Shown one piece after another: positions 30,760-44,300 of a stretch of 64,000 nt of DNA (position 1 is the stretch's first letter; each line of letters starts with the position of its first letter). The DNA is from Phaeosaccion multiseriatum (lineage: Eukaryota; Protista; Ochrophyta, other classes), in NCBI GenBank assembly GCA_965112735.1, contig OZ218954.1, positions 248,001 to 312,000 of the forward strand, read 5' to 3'. The position numbers and the translations under genes are program-made. The notes under the pieces are model-generated. The model did no database searches, had not been told where the DNA came from, and saw nothing but the letters and a program-made list of their open reading frames with translations.

Positions 30760-32532
30760 ATGAAGGTGGGGAACAGGGACGGAAGGGGTGATGCTGGCAT
30801 CTACGCAGCAGCCACATGGGACCATGCTGCTGGTGAAGCACGCTCCGAGGCTGGGACAGGGGCTTTGATCATTGTGGCAAGCCTCATTTCTGATAAAGCT
30901 CTGTGGGGAGTGTGCAAGGAGGTTGATGAGGTCACCTCCCGCACTCTGGTGATCAACGCCGGCATGTCGGAGGATATCAAGCTCCGTATACTGCGTATGC
31001 TGAAGCGGCAGAAGAGGCAAGAGGAAGCTTCTCTGCATTCTTCTCCTTCTTTTGATACTTCGAAAGCTGCTGCTCTCTCGGCTGGGCCTGCCGCCCCTGC
31101 CGCAAGCGAGGGAGGGAGGGGGCGTAGGGAGAAGGTCCAAGGATTGGAGAGGATTCGGGTGAGGCAGCAGCAGCAGCAGGAGGAGGAGGAGGAGGAGGAG
31201 GAAGAGGACCAGCAGCACCAGCAGCAGCAGCAGCACCAGCACCAGCAGCAGCACCAGCAGCACCAGCCCGATAGTGTTAAGACGCAGCGCTTTGGTACCG
31301 GAGATGACGATGAAAGAGGAGGTGTCTTTCGTGTTGCAGCTGTGAAGCTTGGCCTCCTGCACCCGCCGGGGCCGTCAAAGACTGTCCCGACTGCTGCTGC
31401 TGCTGCTGCTGCTGACGAGGCTCTCGCCACGGAAGTCTTGGCGCTGCTTCCACCATCGGTCAAGCGGGTGTCTTTCGCCGACTACATGTATTTGGATCAG
31501 TTCGACGTAGCTCTGCCGAGCACAGTGGAGGAGGTGGAGATGGGGCAGCACTTCAATCTCCCTCTGGAGCTCCCTACATCTCTGAAGAAGATCAGATTCG
31601 GCAGAGCTTTCAATCAGCACGTGGTTCTTCCTTGTGGTGTGGAGGAGGTGGAAATGGGATCTTCCTTTAACCACCCTCTGGAACTGCCTGCGTCGCTCAA
31701 GAAGATCAAGTTCGGCTTTCAGTTCAATCAGCACGTGGTTCTTCCTTGCGGCGTGGAGGAGGTGGAGATGGGGCATGTGTTCAACCTCCCTCTGGAGCTG
31801 CCTGCCTCGCTCAAGAAGGTCAGCTTTGGCTTTCTCTCTCATTTCAATCAGCACGTCGTTCTTCCTTGTGGTGTGGAGGAGGTGGATATGGGGTATTTCT
31901 TTAATCTCCCTCTGGAGCTGCCTGCCTCGCTCAAGAGGATCAAGTTCAGCTGGAAATTCAACCAGCACGTGGTCCTTCCTTGTGGTGTTGAGGAAATGGA
32001 GATGGGGGGCGACTTCAACCTCCCTCTGGAGCTGCCGGCCTCGTTGAAGAAGGTCAGATTCGGCAGAGAGTTCAATCAGCACGTGGTTCTTCCTTGCGGC
32101 GTGGAGGAGGTGGAGATGAAGCGTGATTTTGACCTCCCCCTGATCCTCCCCGCCTCCCTCAAGAAGATCAGATTTGGCCTTTACTCGAAATTCAATCAGC
32201 AGTTGGCCCTTCCTTGTGGCGTGGAGGAGGTGGAGATGGGGCATGACTTTAACCTCCCTCTGGTCCTCCCTTCCTCTCTGAAGAAGGTCACATTTGGCCC
32301 TTCTTTCAATCAGCCATTGGTCCTTCCTTGCGGCGTGGAGGAGGTGGAGATGGGGCATGACTTTAACCTCCCTCTGGACCTCCCTGCCTCGCTGCGAGAA
32401 CTTACCCTCGGTTCTCTGTCCCGCCCTCTGGAGAACCTCCCTGCCGGCCTGCGAAAGCTCTTGGTGCGACCAGACTACCCGCTGCCTGCACATTTGCCCG
32501 AGGGACTCCGGGTGAGCATTGCGCCCCTGTAG
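30760..32532 (+). CDS. Intronless FNIP-repeat (LRR-like) protein with a possible degenerate N-terminal F-box
   Basis: About 15 alternating 19-aa units FNLPLELPASLKKIxFGxx / FNQHVVLPCGVEEVEMGxx at 31500-32400. LIIVASLISDKALWGVCKE resembles an F-box. First ATG at 30760; the ORF is open from 30697. Confidence 0.88.
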   Translation: MKVGNRDGRGDAGIYAAATWDHAAGEARSEAGTGALIIVASLISDKALWGVCKEVDEVTSRTLVINAGMSEDIKLRILRMLKRQKRQEEASLHSSPSFDTSKAAALSAGPAAPAASEGGRGRREKVQGLERIRVRQQQQQEEEEEEEEEDQQHQQQQQHQHQQQHQQHQPDSVKTQRFGTGDDDERGGVFRVAAVKLGLLHPPGPSKTVPTAAAAAAADEALATEVLALLPPSVKRVSFADYMYLDQFDVALPSTVEEVEMGQHFNLPLELPTSLKKIRFGRAFNQHVVLPCGVEEVEMGSSFNHPLELPASLKKIKFGFQFNQHVVLPCGVEEVEMGHVFNLPLELPASLKKVSFGFLSHFNQHVVLPCGVEEVDMGYFFNLPLELPASLKRIKFSWKFNQHVVLPCGVEEMEMGGDFNLPLELPASLKKVRFGREFNQHVVLPCGVEEVEMKRDFDLPLILPASLKKIRFGLYSKFNQQLALPCGVEEVEMGHDFNLPLVLPSSLKKVTFGPSFNQPLVLPCGVEEVEMGHDFNLPLDLPASLRELTLGSLSRPLENLPAGLRKLLVRPDYPLPAHLPEGLRVSIAPL

Positions 32533-32810
32533 AGTTTGCGAGTACGCGGGATGTGATGATGCAGAGATGTGAATAAGTGACTCGACTGAGCACTATTGAG
32601 TCAAGGCAGGGGCCGACAGAGAAGGCCCACATAGAAGCCTCTAGGAGACGATACGACACCTATACACCTATGTCATATCCATGTTAATACGTTAATACCA
32701 TTGTTTATACCAATGATGTATCTTGCACTGCTTTTGCCTTCAACCCCAAGTGTTGGCGAGTAAGTCGTTTACAAACAGCAGCAGGACGAGGAGGGAGGAG
32801 CAAGAGGAGG

Positions 32811-34841
32811 AAGGAGGAGGAGGAGGAGGAGGAGGAGGAGGAGGAGGAGGAGGAGGAGGAGGAGGAGGAGGAGGAGGAGGAGGAGGAGGAGGAGGAGGAG
32901 GAGGAGGAGGAGGAGGAGGAGGAGGAGGAGGAGGAGGAGGAGGAGGAGGAGGAGGAGGAGGAGGAGGAGGAGGAGGAGGAGGAGGAGGAGGAGGAGGAGG
33001 AGGAGGAGGAGGAGGAGGAGGAGGAGGAGGAGGAGGAGGAGGAGGAGGAGGAGGAGGAGGAGGAGGAGGAGGAGGAGGAGGAGGAGGAGGAGGAGGAGGA
33101 GGAGGAGGAGGAGGAGGAGGAGGAGGAGGAGGAGGAGGAGGAGGAGGAGGAGGAGGAGGAGGAGGAGGAGGAGGAGGAGGAGGAGGAGGAGGAGGAGGAG
33201 GAGGAGGAGGAGGAGGAGGAGGAGGAGGAGGAGGAGGAGGAGGAGGAGGAGGAGGAGGAGGAGGAGGAGGAGGAGGAGGAGGAGGAGGAGGAGGAGGAGG
33301 AGGAGGAGGAGGAGGAGGAGGAGGAGGAGGAGGAGGAGGAGGAGGAGGAGGAGGAGGAGGAGGAGGAGGAGGAGGAGGAGGAGGAGGAGGAGGAGGAGGA
33401 GGAGGAGGAGGAGGAGGAGGAGGAGGAGGAGGAGGAGGAGGAGGAGGAGGAGGAGGAGGAGGAGGAGGAGGAGGAGGAGGAGGAGGAGGAGGAGGAGGAG
33501 GAGGAGGAGGAGGAGGAGGAGGAGGAGGAGGAGGAGGAGGAGGAGGAGGAGGAGGAGGAGGAGGAGGAGGAGGAGGAGGAGGAGGAGGAGGAGGAGGAGG
33601 AGGAGGAGGAGGAGGAGGAGGAGGAGGAGGAGGAGGAGGAGGAGGAGGAGGAGGAGGAGGAGGAGGAGGAGGAGGAGGAGGAGGAGGAGGAGGAGGAGGA
33701 GGAGGAGGAGGAGGAGGAGGAGGAGGAGGAGGAGGAGGAGGAGGAGGAGGAGGAGGAGGAGGAGGAGGAGGAGGAGGAGGAGGAGGAGGAGGAGGAGGAG
33801 GAGGAGGAGGAGGAGGAGGAGGAGGAGGAGGAGGAGGAGGAGGAGGAGGAGGAGGAGGAGGAGGAGGAGGAGGAGGAGGAGGAGGAGGAGGAGGAGGAGG
33901 AGGAGGAGGAGGAGGAGGAGGAGGAGGAGGAGGAGGAGGAGGAGGAGGAGGAGGAGGAGGAGGAGGAGGAGGAGGAGGAGGAGGAGGAGGAGGAGGAGGA
34001 GGAGGAGGAGGAGGAGGAGGAGGAGGAGGAGGAGGAGGAGGAGGAGGAGGAGGAGGAGGAGGAGGAGGAGGAGGAGGAGGAGGAGGAGGAGGAGGAGGAG
34101 GAGGAGGAGGAGGAGGAGGAGGAGGAGGAGGAGGAGGAGGAGGAGGAGGAGGAGGAGGAGGAGGAGGAGGAGGAGGAGGAGGAGGAGGAGGAGGAGGAGG
34201 AGGAGGAGGAGGAGGAGGAGGAGGAGGAGGAGGAGGAGGAGGAGGAGGAGGAGGAGGAGGAGGAGGAGGAGGAGGAGGAGGAGGAGGAGGAGGAGGAGGA
34301 GGAGGAGGAGGAGGAGGAGGAGGAGGAGGAGGAGGAGGAGGAGGAGGAGGAGGAGGAGGAGGAGGAGGAGGAGGAGGAGGAGGAGGAGGAGGAGGAGGAG
34401 GAGGAGGAGGAGGAGGAGGAGGAGGAGGAGGAGGAGGAGGAGGAGGAGGAGGAGGAGGAGGAGGAGGAGGAGGAGGAGGAGGAGGAGGAGGAGGAGGAGG
34501 AGGAGGAGGAGGAGGAGGAGGAGGAGGAGGAGGAGGAGGAGGAGGAGGAGGAGGAGGAGGAGGAGGAGGAGGAGGAGGAGGAGGAGGAGGAGGAGGAGGA
34601 GGAGGAGGAGGAGGAGGAGGAGGAGGAGGAGGAGGAGGAGGAGGAGGAGGAGGAGGAGGAGGAGGAGGAGGAGGAGGAGGAGGAGGAGGAGGAGGAGGAG
34701 GAGGAGGAGGAGGAGGAGGAGGAGGAGGAGGAGGAGGAGGAGGAGGAGGAGGAGGAGGAGGAGGAGGAGGAGGAGGAGGAGGGGGAGGAGGAGGAGGAGG
34801 AGGAGGAGGAGGAGGAGGAGGAGGAGGAGGAGGAGGAGGAG
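32811..34841. repeat. About 2-kb essentially pure (GGA)n trinucleotide tract, intergenic
   Basis: A single interruption near 34782. Confidence 0.97.
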
Positions 34842-35389
34842 CCTTGGAGTGGACAGGTGGATGAGGTGGTAGGGGAGAGGGCGGTTGTTCTGTGTATGTC
34901 TATTCAAGTATGCCTGGACCTTGTCTTTGCCGTGACTGGCAAGATGTGTGACACTCTACTTTGGCGGCATTCATTTCTTACGTAAGGATGAATGTTGGTG
35001 ACTAAGATCTTACGTAAGGATGAATATTGGTGATTTGTGTCCGCGGCCGTCGCTGCAAGCGCAAATTGAGTACTGCTTGTGGTTCGATGTACTTCGTAGT
35101 TCGTTTCGTGTACGGATCGATCGGACGCCTCAAGGGCGACACTTGTGTTGTTTGGATTGGATGGTTTCTTTGTTTCTTTGCCTTTCCATACACGACCATC
35201 AGTCGGACATGTTTGCTTTCATATATTTCTATTTAGAAGCGTATGGAGCCTTGGTTGCCTCCGCACAGAGTGTCACGGCCTTGCGATTGCTCAGCCGTCA
35301 CTCCTCCCCCATCCAGTGCCATCTCTCCTCCTCGTCCTCCTTACACTCCTCCTCCTCCTCCTCCTCCTCCTCCTCCTCTCTCTCTCTCC

Positions 35390-38196
35390 TCAGCGAGAGT
35401 CAGCCTGGCTCAGTAAGTCAGCAAGAGTGGCAGGGTCCAATGCCTCCGGGTGGAGAGCTCGCCCCTCTGCTGCGAGTAACACGCCGTCAAGCATGGCTGC
35501 CAGGGCCTGCTGCTGCTGCTGATCCGATATGTAGTACGGGAGGGCTTGGTGCACGTACTCGACATCCACCTGTGATGGGGATGGTGATTGTCAGTTGTGA
35601 GTGATTGATGGGTTCATAACAGGAGGATGGCGACGACAACGACGACGACGAGTAGGAGGAAGAATCATACGTATAGAGGAGAGACCAGGGACATGAGGGA
35701 GGAGGGAGGAGGGAGGGGGTTTGAGATGAGAAGCATACGGGGAGGGAGTTAGACTGGCAAGCAGGCATAGGGAGCACCTGTGTGTGTGTGTGTTCTCCTC
35801 TCTCTCGCCCTTTGTGTCTCCCTGCCTCTCACTTCCCCCCTCTCACCCTTTCTGTCTCTCTGCGTCATTCTTCTCCCCAAACCCCCCTTTCTCCGCCATT
35901 CTATCTCGCTCCCCTCCCCTCCCCTTTGTATCACCAACCCACTCACCTGCATCTGCTGAAAGCTGCCCCCCTCCAGAGTTGCCTCCTTGACCCCCTCCCC
36001 CAAGGCTTTGACCCCTACTCCCAGTAGACCCATGGCCACACCCTCTGTTGAGAAGGCCCTCACAGGCCCAAAGATGGCCACTTTCATTGCGAACAGCCTC
36101 CCAATCTCCATTTGGAGCCCTCTGGACACTCGACTGTTGGCGACTCGGTTGCCATCTGTGATTCGGCTGCTGCTGCTGCTGCTGCTGCTTCCTACTACGG
36201 GCCTTCGGAAGCGACTACCTCCCCCCACGGAACCCCCCACGGAAGCCCCTGCCCCTCCTAACTCCCGATCCCCTCCCCCTCCCCCCCCACCCCCTCCTGA
36301 CACGGCAATGGGGTTGTGCCGGGCCTCTCCAAAGAGCAACGCTGCCTTTGCGACCTCCTCCTCCACAAAGCCAATTGCGTCCTGAAAGCTTTCCGAAACG
36401 CCACACGGGGGGGGTGGCACCGCCCACCCACTGCCATCCCCCTCCTCCTCCTCCTCCTCCTCCTGTTGCTGCTCATATCCTCCCCCCCCCCCTCCTCCTC
36501 CTGCTTTTGCTGCTGCTACTGTATCACCAACTGCCATGCCACTGCCCAGGATCGAAGCGACTCTGCATCCCTGCATTTCCACGTAATACCCCAGCAGGGA
36601 TGCGGCAACTTCGAGAGTGTAGGCACTTACTGAATCACCAACTGCTGCATCGGCCGCTGCTGTATCACCAACCCCTGGGGACGGCAGGGGCACGTGTCTG
36701 TTGAGCAGCTCCGTCGCTTTGGTCACGAATTGCGTCCCCACCTGGAATGGGATGGATGGATGGATGGGAGTGTGTTATGGAGTGCGTTAATGGAGTGAGG
36801 GAAATGGGGTGTGGAATGAAGCGTGTAATGGAGTGAGTTAATGGAGTATGTAAATGGAGTGCGTTAATGGAGTGGGTAATGGGGGTGTGGAATGAAGTGT
36901 ATAACGGAGCGTGTTAATGGAGTAGGTAATGGAGTGCGTTAGTGGAGTGTGTGTGATGGGGTGTGTAATAGAGTGGGTAAAGGGGTGCAAGGGTGTGTGT
37001 GTGTTAATGGGGTGTGGAGTGGAGCGGGCAATGGGGTGTGTAACAGGATGGGATGAAGATGGCATTGTATGGATGAGTAGAGGTCAGATGGCAGTGGATG
37101 GACGGGATGAAAACGGCAGTGGATGAATGGATGGATGGATGGATGGATGGATGGCAGTGGATGGACGGATGAGTAAAACGTATGGTGACAGAAGACCCGA
37201 CAGCAAACATCACACAGCTCCCTCTCACTCCTCCATCCGGTGCCATCCGGTGCCATCCGGTGCCATCCCATATCTCCCCTCACCTGCCGAGCCAGACACG
37301 CTAGCAGCAGGACGGCGCTTCCCGACTCGCCCCCCGAAGGAGAAGCTTCCCTTACCCCCCCCTGCCCCCCCTCGGCTGCTGCTGGTGACGTCACAGCTGG
37401 CGGCGACGCAGTCACAACTGGCGTAGTAGCACCAACTGCTCTGCGTAGGTCGAGGGCAGCCAGGACGGGAGCGGGTTTCTCGATCGGCAGACCTTCATAG
37501 TCGAGAGCGGGCAGGACTAAGGGGGGCTGGGGGCGCATGGAGAAGGCAGTAGATGGGGCTGCTGGATGACCAACTGATGAGGATGTGGAGGGAGGGAAGG
37601 GGTGGGTCACCTTGGCGGTGGCTTGGAGGAAGTCTCCGAACCAAACCACAAACGCCCACATGGAGCGGTGCAAGTGAGCTGGGAGGCGAGGGAAGAGAGG
37701 AAGAGAGGGAGGAGAGGGAGGAGAGGGAGGAGAGGGAGGAGAGGGAGGCGAGGGAAGAGAGGAAGAGAGGGAGGAGAGGGAGGAGAGGGAGGAGAGGGAG
37801 GCGAGGGAAGAGAGGAAGAGAGGGAGGAGAGGGAGGAGAGGGAGGAGAGGGAGGCGAGGGAGGAGAGGGAGGGAGGGGCGGGGAGAGAAGGGAGGGGAAG
37901 GGAGGGGAAGGGAGGAGGGGAGGGAGGGAGGACGGAGGACAGGGAAAGCAGGGCGGGGAGAGGAAGGAAGGGAAGGGAGGGAGTGAGGGATAGAGGGAGG
38001 GAGGGAGGGGCGGGGAGAGGAAGGGAAGGGAAGAGGGAGGGGGGGAGGGAGGGAGAGGGAAAGTGGGAAGCAAGTGTGTAACAGAGCCAAGGAGCATTTT
38101 CCAATCGAGAAGTAACTACCCCTTTACACTCTGCCCAAAACAGCAACAACAACAGCAACAACAACAACAACCACAACCACAACAACAACAACAACC

Positions 38197-38232
<36 letters not shown>

Positions 38233-38879
38233 CACACAAACGATATCCAACTTACTCACTTCCTCCCTCCCTCCCTCACTCACTCACTCTCACCCACTCA
38301 CTCACTCACTCACGCACACACCTGCCAAGGAGGGCCCTTCCACCCCCCCCCCCTGCCCTGCTCCCTTCGCCCCCCTCACCCCTACCCCCTCCCTTCCACT
38401 GCCATCCGCCCCCTTGCCCCCCTTCCCCTCCTCCTCCAGCTGTGCGAGGGGCTTGGTGTGCGTAACGGCGCTCTCCGCTGCCTTGAGGAGGCGCGTCACA
38501 GTCTGCTCGAGGAGGATCTGGTACCCCGTTTGGCGACTGTTTTGGAGTCAAGGGGCGCAGAGAACCAACGCGCGAAGGAGGAGCGAGTTGAGTTGATTCG
38601 GGACATGGGCCGGGGTTTGAATGAACGGGGTGAAATCAATCATATGCCTCTCACATACCTCCCATATGCCTCTTACATGCCTCCCATATACCTCTCACAT
38701 CCATCATACATGTATATGCCTCTCACATACCTCTATATGCCTCTCACATACACCCACTTCCATCCACTGCCTTACTAACAAACCTGCGGGTAGAGAGGCA
38801 CCGCTCTGCAGCTGCACCCTTCCACCCACCCACCCTGTCCTGACACCCACTGACTTGTAACAGACACTCACAGATACTT

Positions 38880-38910
<31 letters not shown>

Positions 38911-39789
38911 CTGTATGTAGAGGTGACGGTCTGCAGTTCTGCGGCCTTGGTTTTGTCCTGTGCTGTGGCGCAAAGCTCAGCCACGAGAGCAGCAGCGGAG
39001 CCACGTAGTCCACCGAAGTAGCCTCGCACCTTAAGGGTCAGGGAGGTGGGATGGCAGTGGATGGGATGGCAGTGGATGGGATGGCAGTGGATGGGGGGGG
39101 GGGGGTTTGGGGGGTGGGGGGGGGGTGGCAGTAGATGGCAGTAGATGGCAGTAGATGGCAGTAGATGGCAGTGGGTGAGGGACGGATCCTCTTGTACCCT
39201 GACACGTCTACCCGGACACCCACCCACCTGCCGCAGCTTGACCGCTCGGACAAAGGCCCTTGCCCCTTGCTGCAAGCCTGCCTCGGGGATGTGTTCATGC
39301 ACAGCGTCGACATCCCACATGAGCTGCTGGATTGTGCCCACCACGCCCTGTTGGTGTGGGTGTTGGTGATACAGATGGAGGTAACGAAGGAGTGACAGGG
39401 AGAGGGAGGGAGGGAGGGAGAGAGGAAGGGAAGATCAGAGAGGGGGAGGGAGAGAGGGGGGGGCATAAATGTATAGGTACCCGCGATGCCAATGAACACA
39501 AACACACCCTTACCCACACCGTTAATGTACACACACAGTTACACACCGTTACACACCTGCAGCCGGGCATCTTCTCCGACGACGTCGAGAGCATCCATGT
39601 TGGGGACGGAGGGGTCTTTCTTGTCGTCTTGGGGAGGGGGAGGGGGGAGGGGGGTGGAGGCAGAGAGACAAGAGGTGCAGGGAAAGAGAGAGTGAGACAG
39701 GAGAGAGAGGGAGGGGTGGAGAGAGAGAGAGAGAGAGGGAAAGAAGAGAGAGAGAGACAGAAAGAGAGAGAGAGACACACACACAGAGA

Positions 39790-39820
<31 letters not shown>

Positions 39821-41343
39821 CGAGAGAGAGCGAGAGAGAAAGAGACGGTGACACAGAGAGAGAAAGCTCAGCCTGCAGTGTCGGTGCGTTGGTTCCTCAC
39901 ATCTGCCAGTCAGTCAGTGTGCGTTTCAGCTCAGTTTGCCCTCGACCTTCATCTCCACATCCTTCCTCACCTCCTGTGACTGCTGTGACCCCCCCCCCTG
40001 GGACCACTGAGGTCGAGTTGGAGTTTGGGTTTGAGTGCTGTAGGGCCGCCCCCGCTTTCCGCTCGAGCAGTGCGTAGAAGTGCTCAACCTGGGGACGCAC
40101 CATTTCCTCCAGGGGGGCCGCCAGCGCCGCTCGAGTACTCGGAAACTCTCCTTCTCCTCCTCCTCCTCCTCCTCCTCCTCCTCCTCCCTCTCCTTCCTCT
40201 TCCCCTCCTCCTCCTCCTCCTCCTCCTCCTCCTCCTCCTCCTCCCTCTCCTCCTCCCTCTTCTTCTCCTCCTCCCTCCTCCACCTCCTCCTCCTCTGCCG
40301 CCGGAGCCTGAAGGAAGAGCCTCCTGTACGTGCTCACCTGACATTGATTGGTTCATGCCATTCGGTTATAAAAAGACACTGATTGGTTCATGCCATTCGG
40401 TTATAAAAATGATGAGAACGGTATGTCCAAGCCTCAACAAAAAAGTGTGCTCACAAATCCAACAACACCTCACTCTCAAACCCAAACTCACCGTACGCAG
40501 CAGCATGGGGAGGAACCCCTTGGCGAGCTGCTCCACACATGCGTCAAGAGAGATGGTGACATCGTCCACCAGAGCAGCAGCAGACTCACGCAGCAGGGAG
40601 GACAGCTTAAGGAGGGGAGGGGAGGGGAGGGGAGGGGAGGGAGGCGTGTGAGTTTCAGTGCATAGACCAACCGCTGGATGGCAGTGAATGGCAGTGGATG
40701 GCAGTGGATGGGACTCCATTGTGCCGAACTCCAACCACTCATCAACTCATCTCGTCTGTCCATTGACATACAATCATTGACATACAACCAACCATTGACA
40801 TACCTGAGCGGAGTGGAAGGAGAGGTAGGTGGAGGAGAGGGAGAGAGAGGGCACGCCGAGCAGCAGGAGGTGCGGGGAGAGCTGCTCGAGTTGCTGTTGC
40901 GTCACGGAGGGTGACGACACTGTCTCCAGCAGCATCTGTGAGTGGGGAGGGGAGGGGGAAAGGGGAGAAGAGGAGGAGGAGGAGGAGGAGGAGGAGGAGG
41001 AGGAGGAGGAGGAGGAGGAGGAGGGGGAGGAGGAGGAGGAGGAGGAGGAGGAGGAGGAGGAGGAGGAGGAGGAGGAGGAGGATGGGGAGGGGGGGGGGGG
41101 AGGTGAGCAATGCTATTGCATTACCTTTAGGTCTCTAATTATATAGCGACTGATCAGGCTATAAGGTAAGAGCGGTGCCCACCCCACCGATCTGCGGCTT
41201 ACAGACCAAGCATACACTACTCTTCCTTGTCTAAGGTTTTCAGCACTATGACGTCACCTTCTTGAGTGCGGTGATGATCTCCTCGCTCTCGGATTGAATG
41301 GAGCCGAAGCTCGCCACGGCCTCGTGCTTAGCGAGCACCTGTC

Positions 41344-41383
<40 letters not shown>

Positions 41384-44300
41384 AGGTACAGTTTTAGTTC
41401 CAGTTGGTCACTTTCTAGGTTCAGCTCGTTCAGTTTCAGGGGGTTGTTATTCAGTTTCAGGTTCAGTGTGAGTTTGTTGACCTCAATCGATCATAATGGC
41501 GATGGCGAGTACCTTGGTGGACATGTTGTAATACTGGATGGCTTGACCATATGCTCCTGTGAGTGTGTGTGTGGAGGGAGGGAGAGAGGGAGGGAGGGAG
41601 GAAGGGAGGGAGCGAGGGAGGGAAGGAGCGAGGGAGGGAAGGAGGGGAGCGAAGGGAGGGAAGGGATAGGGTGGGGGAGGAGGAGGTTAGGAGAGGAAAC
41701 AGAGAAAAGGATGGGAGAGGGGAGAGAGTGGAGGGGAGGGGATAGGAGGGGAGAGGCGAGAAGAGGAGAGGAGGAGAGAAGAGGAGAGGAGAGAAGAGGG
41801 GAGAGAAGAGGAGAGCAGAGGAGAGGAGAAGAGGGAGAAGAGAAGAGGAGAGAGAGAGGAGAGGAGAGGAGAGAAGAGAAGAGAAGAGAGGAGGAGAGGA
41901 GGGAAGGGGAGAGGCGAGAAGGGGAGGGAGGAGAGGAGAGGACAGGAGAGGAGAGGAGAGGAGAGGAGAGGAGAGGAGAGGAGAGGAGAGAAGAGGAGAG
42001 GAGAGGAGAGAAGAGGAGAGGAGAGAAGAGGAGAGGAGAGAAGAGGAGAGAAGAGAAGAGGAGAGAAGAGAGGAGGAGAGGAGGGAAGGGGAGAGGCGAG
42101 AAGGGGAGGGAGGAGAGGAGAGGAGAGGAGAGGAGAGGAGAGGAGAGGAGAGGAGAGGAGAGGAGAGGAGAGGAGAGAAGAGGAGAGGAGAGGAGAGGAG
42201 AGGAGAGGAGAGGAGAGGAGAGGAGAGGAGAGGAGAGGAGAGGAGAGAAGAGGAGAGAAGAGAGGAGGAGAGGAGGGAAGGGGAGAGGCGAGAAGGGGAG
42301 GGAGGAGAGGAGAGGAGAGGAGAGGAGAGGAGAGGAGAGGAGAGGAGAGGAGAGGAGAGGAGAGGAGAGGAGAGGAGAGGAGAGGAGAGGAGAGGAGAGG
42401 AGAGGAGAGAAGAGGAGAGAAGAGAGGAGGAGAGGAGGGAAGGGGAGAGGCGAGAAGGGGAGGGAGGAGAGGAGAGGAGAGGAGAGAAGAGGAGAGGAGA
42501 GGAGAGGAGAGGAGAGGAGAGAAGAGGAGAGAAGAGAGGAGGAGAGGAGGGAAGGGGAGAGGCGAGAAGGGGAGGGAGGAGAGGAGAGGAGAGGAGAGGA
42601 GAGAAGAGGAGAGGAGAGGAGAGGAGAGGAAAGGAGAGGAGAGGAGAGGAGAGAAGAGGAGAGAAGAGAGGAGGAGAGGAGGGAAGGGGAGAGGCGAGAA
42701 GGGGAGGGAGGAGAGGAGAGGAGAGAAGAGGAGAGAAGAGGAGAGGAGAGGAGAGGAGAGGAGAGGGAAAGAGTGGAGAGGAGGAGAGAGCCGTGGGACA
42801 GACCGCAAAAACAACTCAGACCATGGGAATGAAAAGAGGGCAGGGATGGCAGGGGATGGCAGGGGATGGAGAGGTACGCACGCCATCGGAGAAGGGCACA
42901 TCGCAGCAGCCTGCCTCTTGTCCCCGAGGGGGGAGGGCCGCACCCACACCCAACCACCCACCGTCTCTTCCTTTCTACCCCCTCCCTCTATCCCTCCCCT
43001 TCTCCCTGCCTCCCTCACTCACTCACTCACTCACTCACTCACTCACTCACTCACCCGCCTGTACCGCGCACAGCAGCCGCTGCGGAAGATCGAAGAGGAA
43101 GCCCAAGCGCTGTGGATGGCAGTGGATGGGCAGGGGATGGATGGCAGTGGATGGGCAGAAGGGACGGGAGGGGGATGACAAGGGATGGTAGGAGGTGGCA
43201 GGGATGACAGGGGATGGTAGGAGATGGTAGGGGATGGTAGGGGATGGCAGGAGATGGCAGGGTATGGCAGGGTATGGCAGGGGATGGTAGGGGATGGCAG
43301 GGGATGGCAGGGGATGGTAGGGGATGGTAGGGGATGGTAGGGGATGGCAGGGGATGGCAGGGCATGGCAGGGGATGGCAGGGGATGGCAGGGGATGGTAG
43401 GGGATGAGCAGAGGATCGTAGGGGATGAGCAGAGGATGGCAGGGGATGGCAAGGGGATGAGCAGAGGATGGCAGGGGATGGCAGGGGATGGTAGGGGATG
43501 GCAGGGGATGGCAGGGGATAGCAGGGGGTGGCAGGGGATGGTAGGGGATGGCAGGGGATGGCCAGGGGGTGGCAGTAGATGGATGGCAGTGGATGGCAGC
43601 GCAAGTAACTCACCTGAAGGAGGCGTCGCACTCTTACGAGCTTGTCGAGGCGGTGCCGCTTGCCAGACAGGCGGGAGTGGATCAGTGTGCTGTTGGAGGA
43701 CATCTACAGCAGGTGGTGATACAGAGGGAGGGAGGGGAGGGAGGGGAGGAAGGGGAGGGCGGGCGGGAGGGAGGGAGGGAGGAAGTGAGTGAGTGAGTGA
43801 GCGAGTGAGTGAGTGAGTGAGGGAGGGAGCGAGTGAGTGAGTGAGGGAGGGGGAGAGGGAGGGAGGGAGGGAGGGAGGGAGGGAGGGAGAAAGAGAGAGA
43901 AGAGAGAATGGTTCGGGTACGGGGGTTAAGACGATAACGTTCCTTTAATTCAGGTGGGTGGGTCGGGTTCACGAGGGTTAACGTCGGGGAAACGACTAAT
44001 ATTAATTCAGCGAGAAGGGCTTGAGTAGGATGAAGCAAGTGTAACCGTGAGATCGCATACCGTTACCCATATACCCATCCCCCCCCCTTTCCCCTTTCCC
44101 ATATGCCCTATACCCATATGCCCTATACCCGTATACCCTATACCCATATGCCCTATACCCATATGCCCTATACCCATATGCCCTATACCCATATGCCCTA
44201 TACCCATATGCTCTATACCCATATGCCCTATACCCATATGCCCTATACCCATATGCCCTATACCCATACGCCCTATACCCGTATGCCCTATACCCACATG

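Noticed and set aside
31375-32493. 372-aa antisense ORF
   Set aside because: Shadow of the FNIP repeat gene on the opposite strand
32723-34907. 713-aa poly-Gly and 712-aa poly-Leu ORFs
   Set aside because: Translations of the (GGA)n tract with no coding complexity
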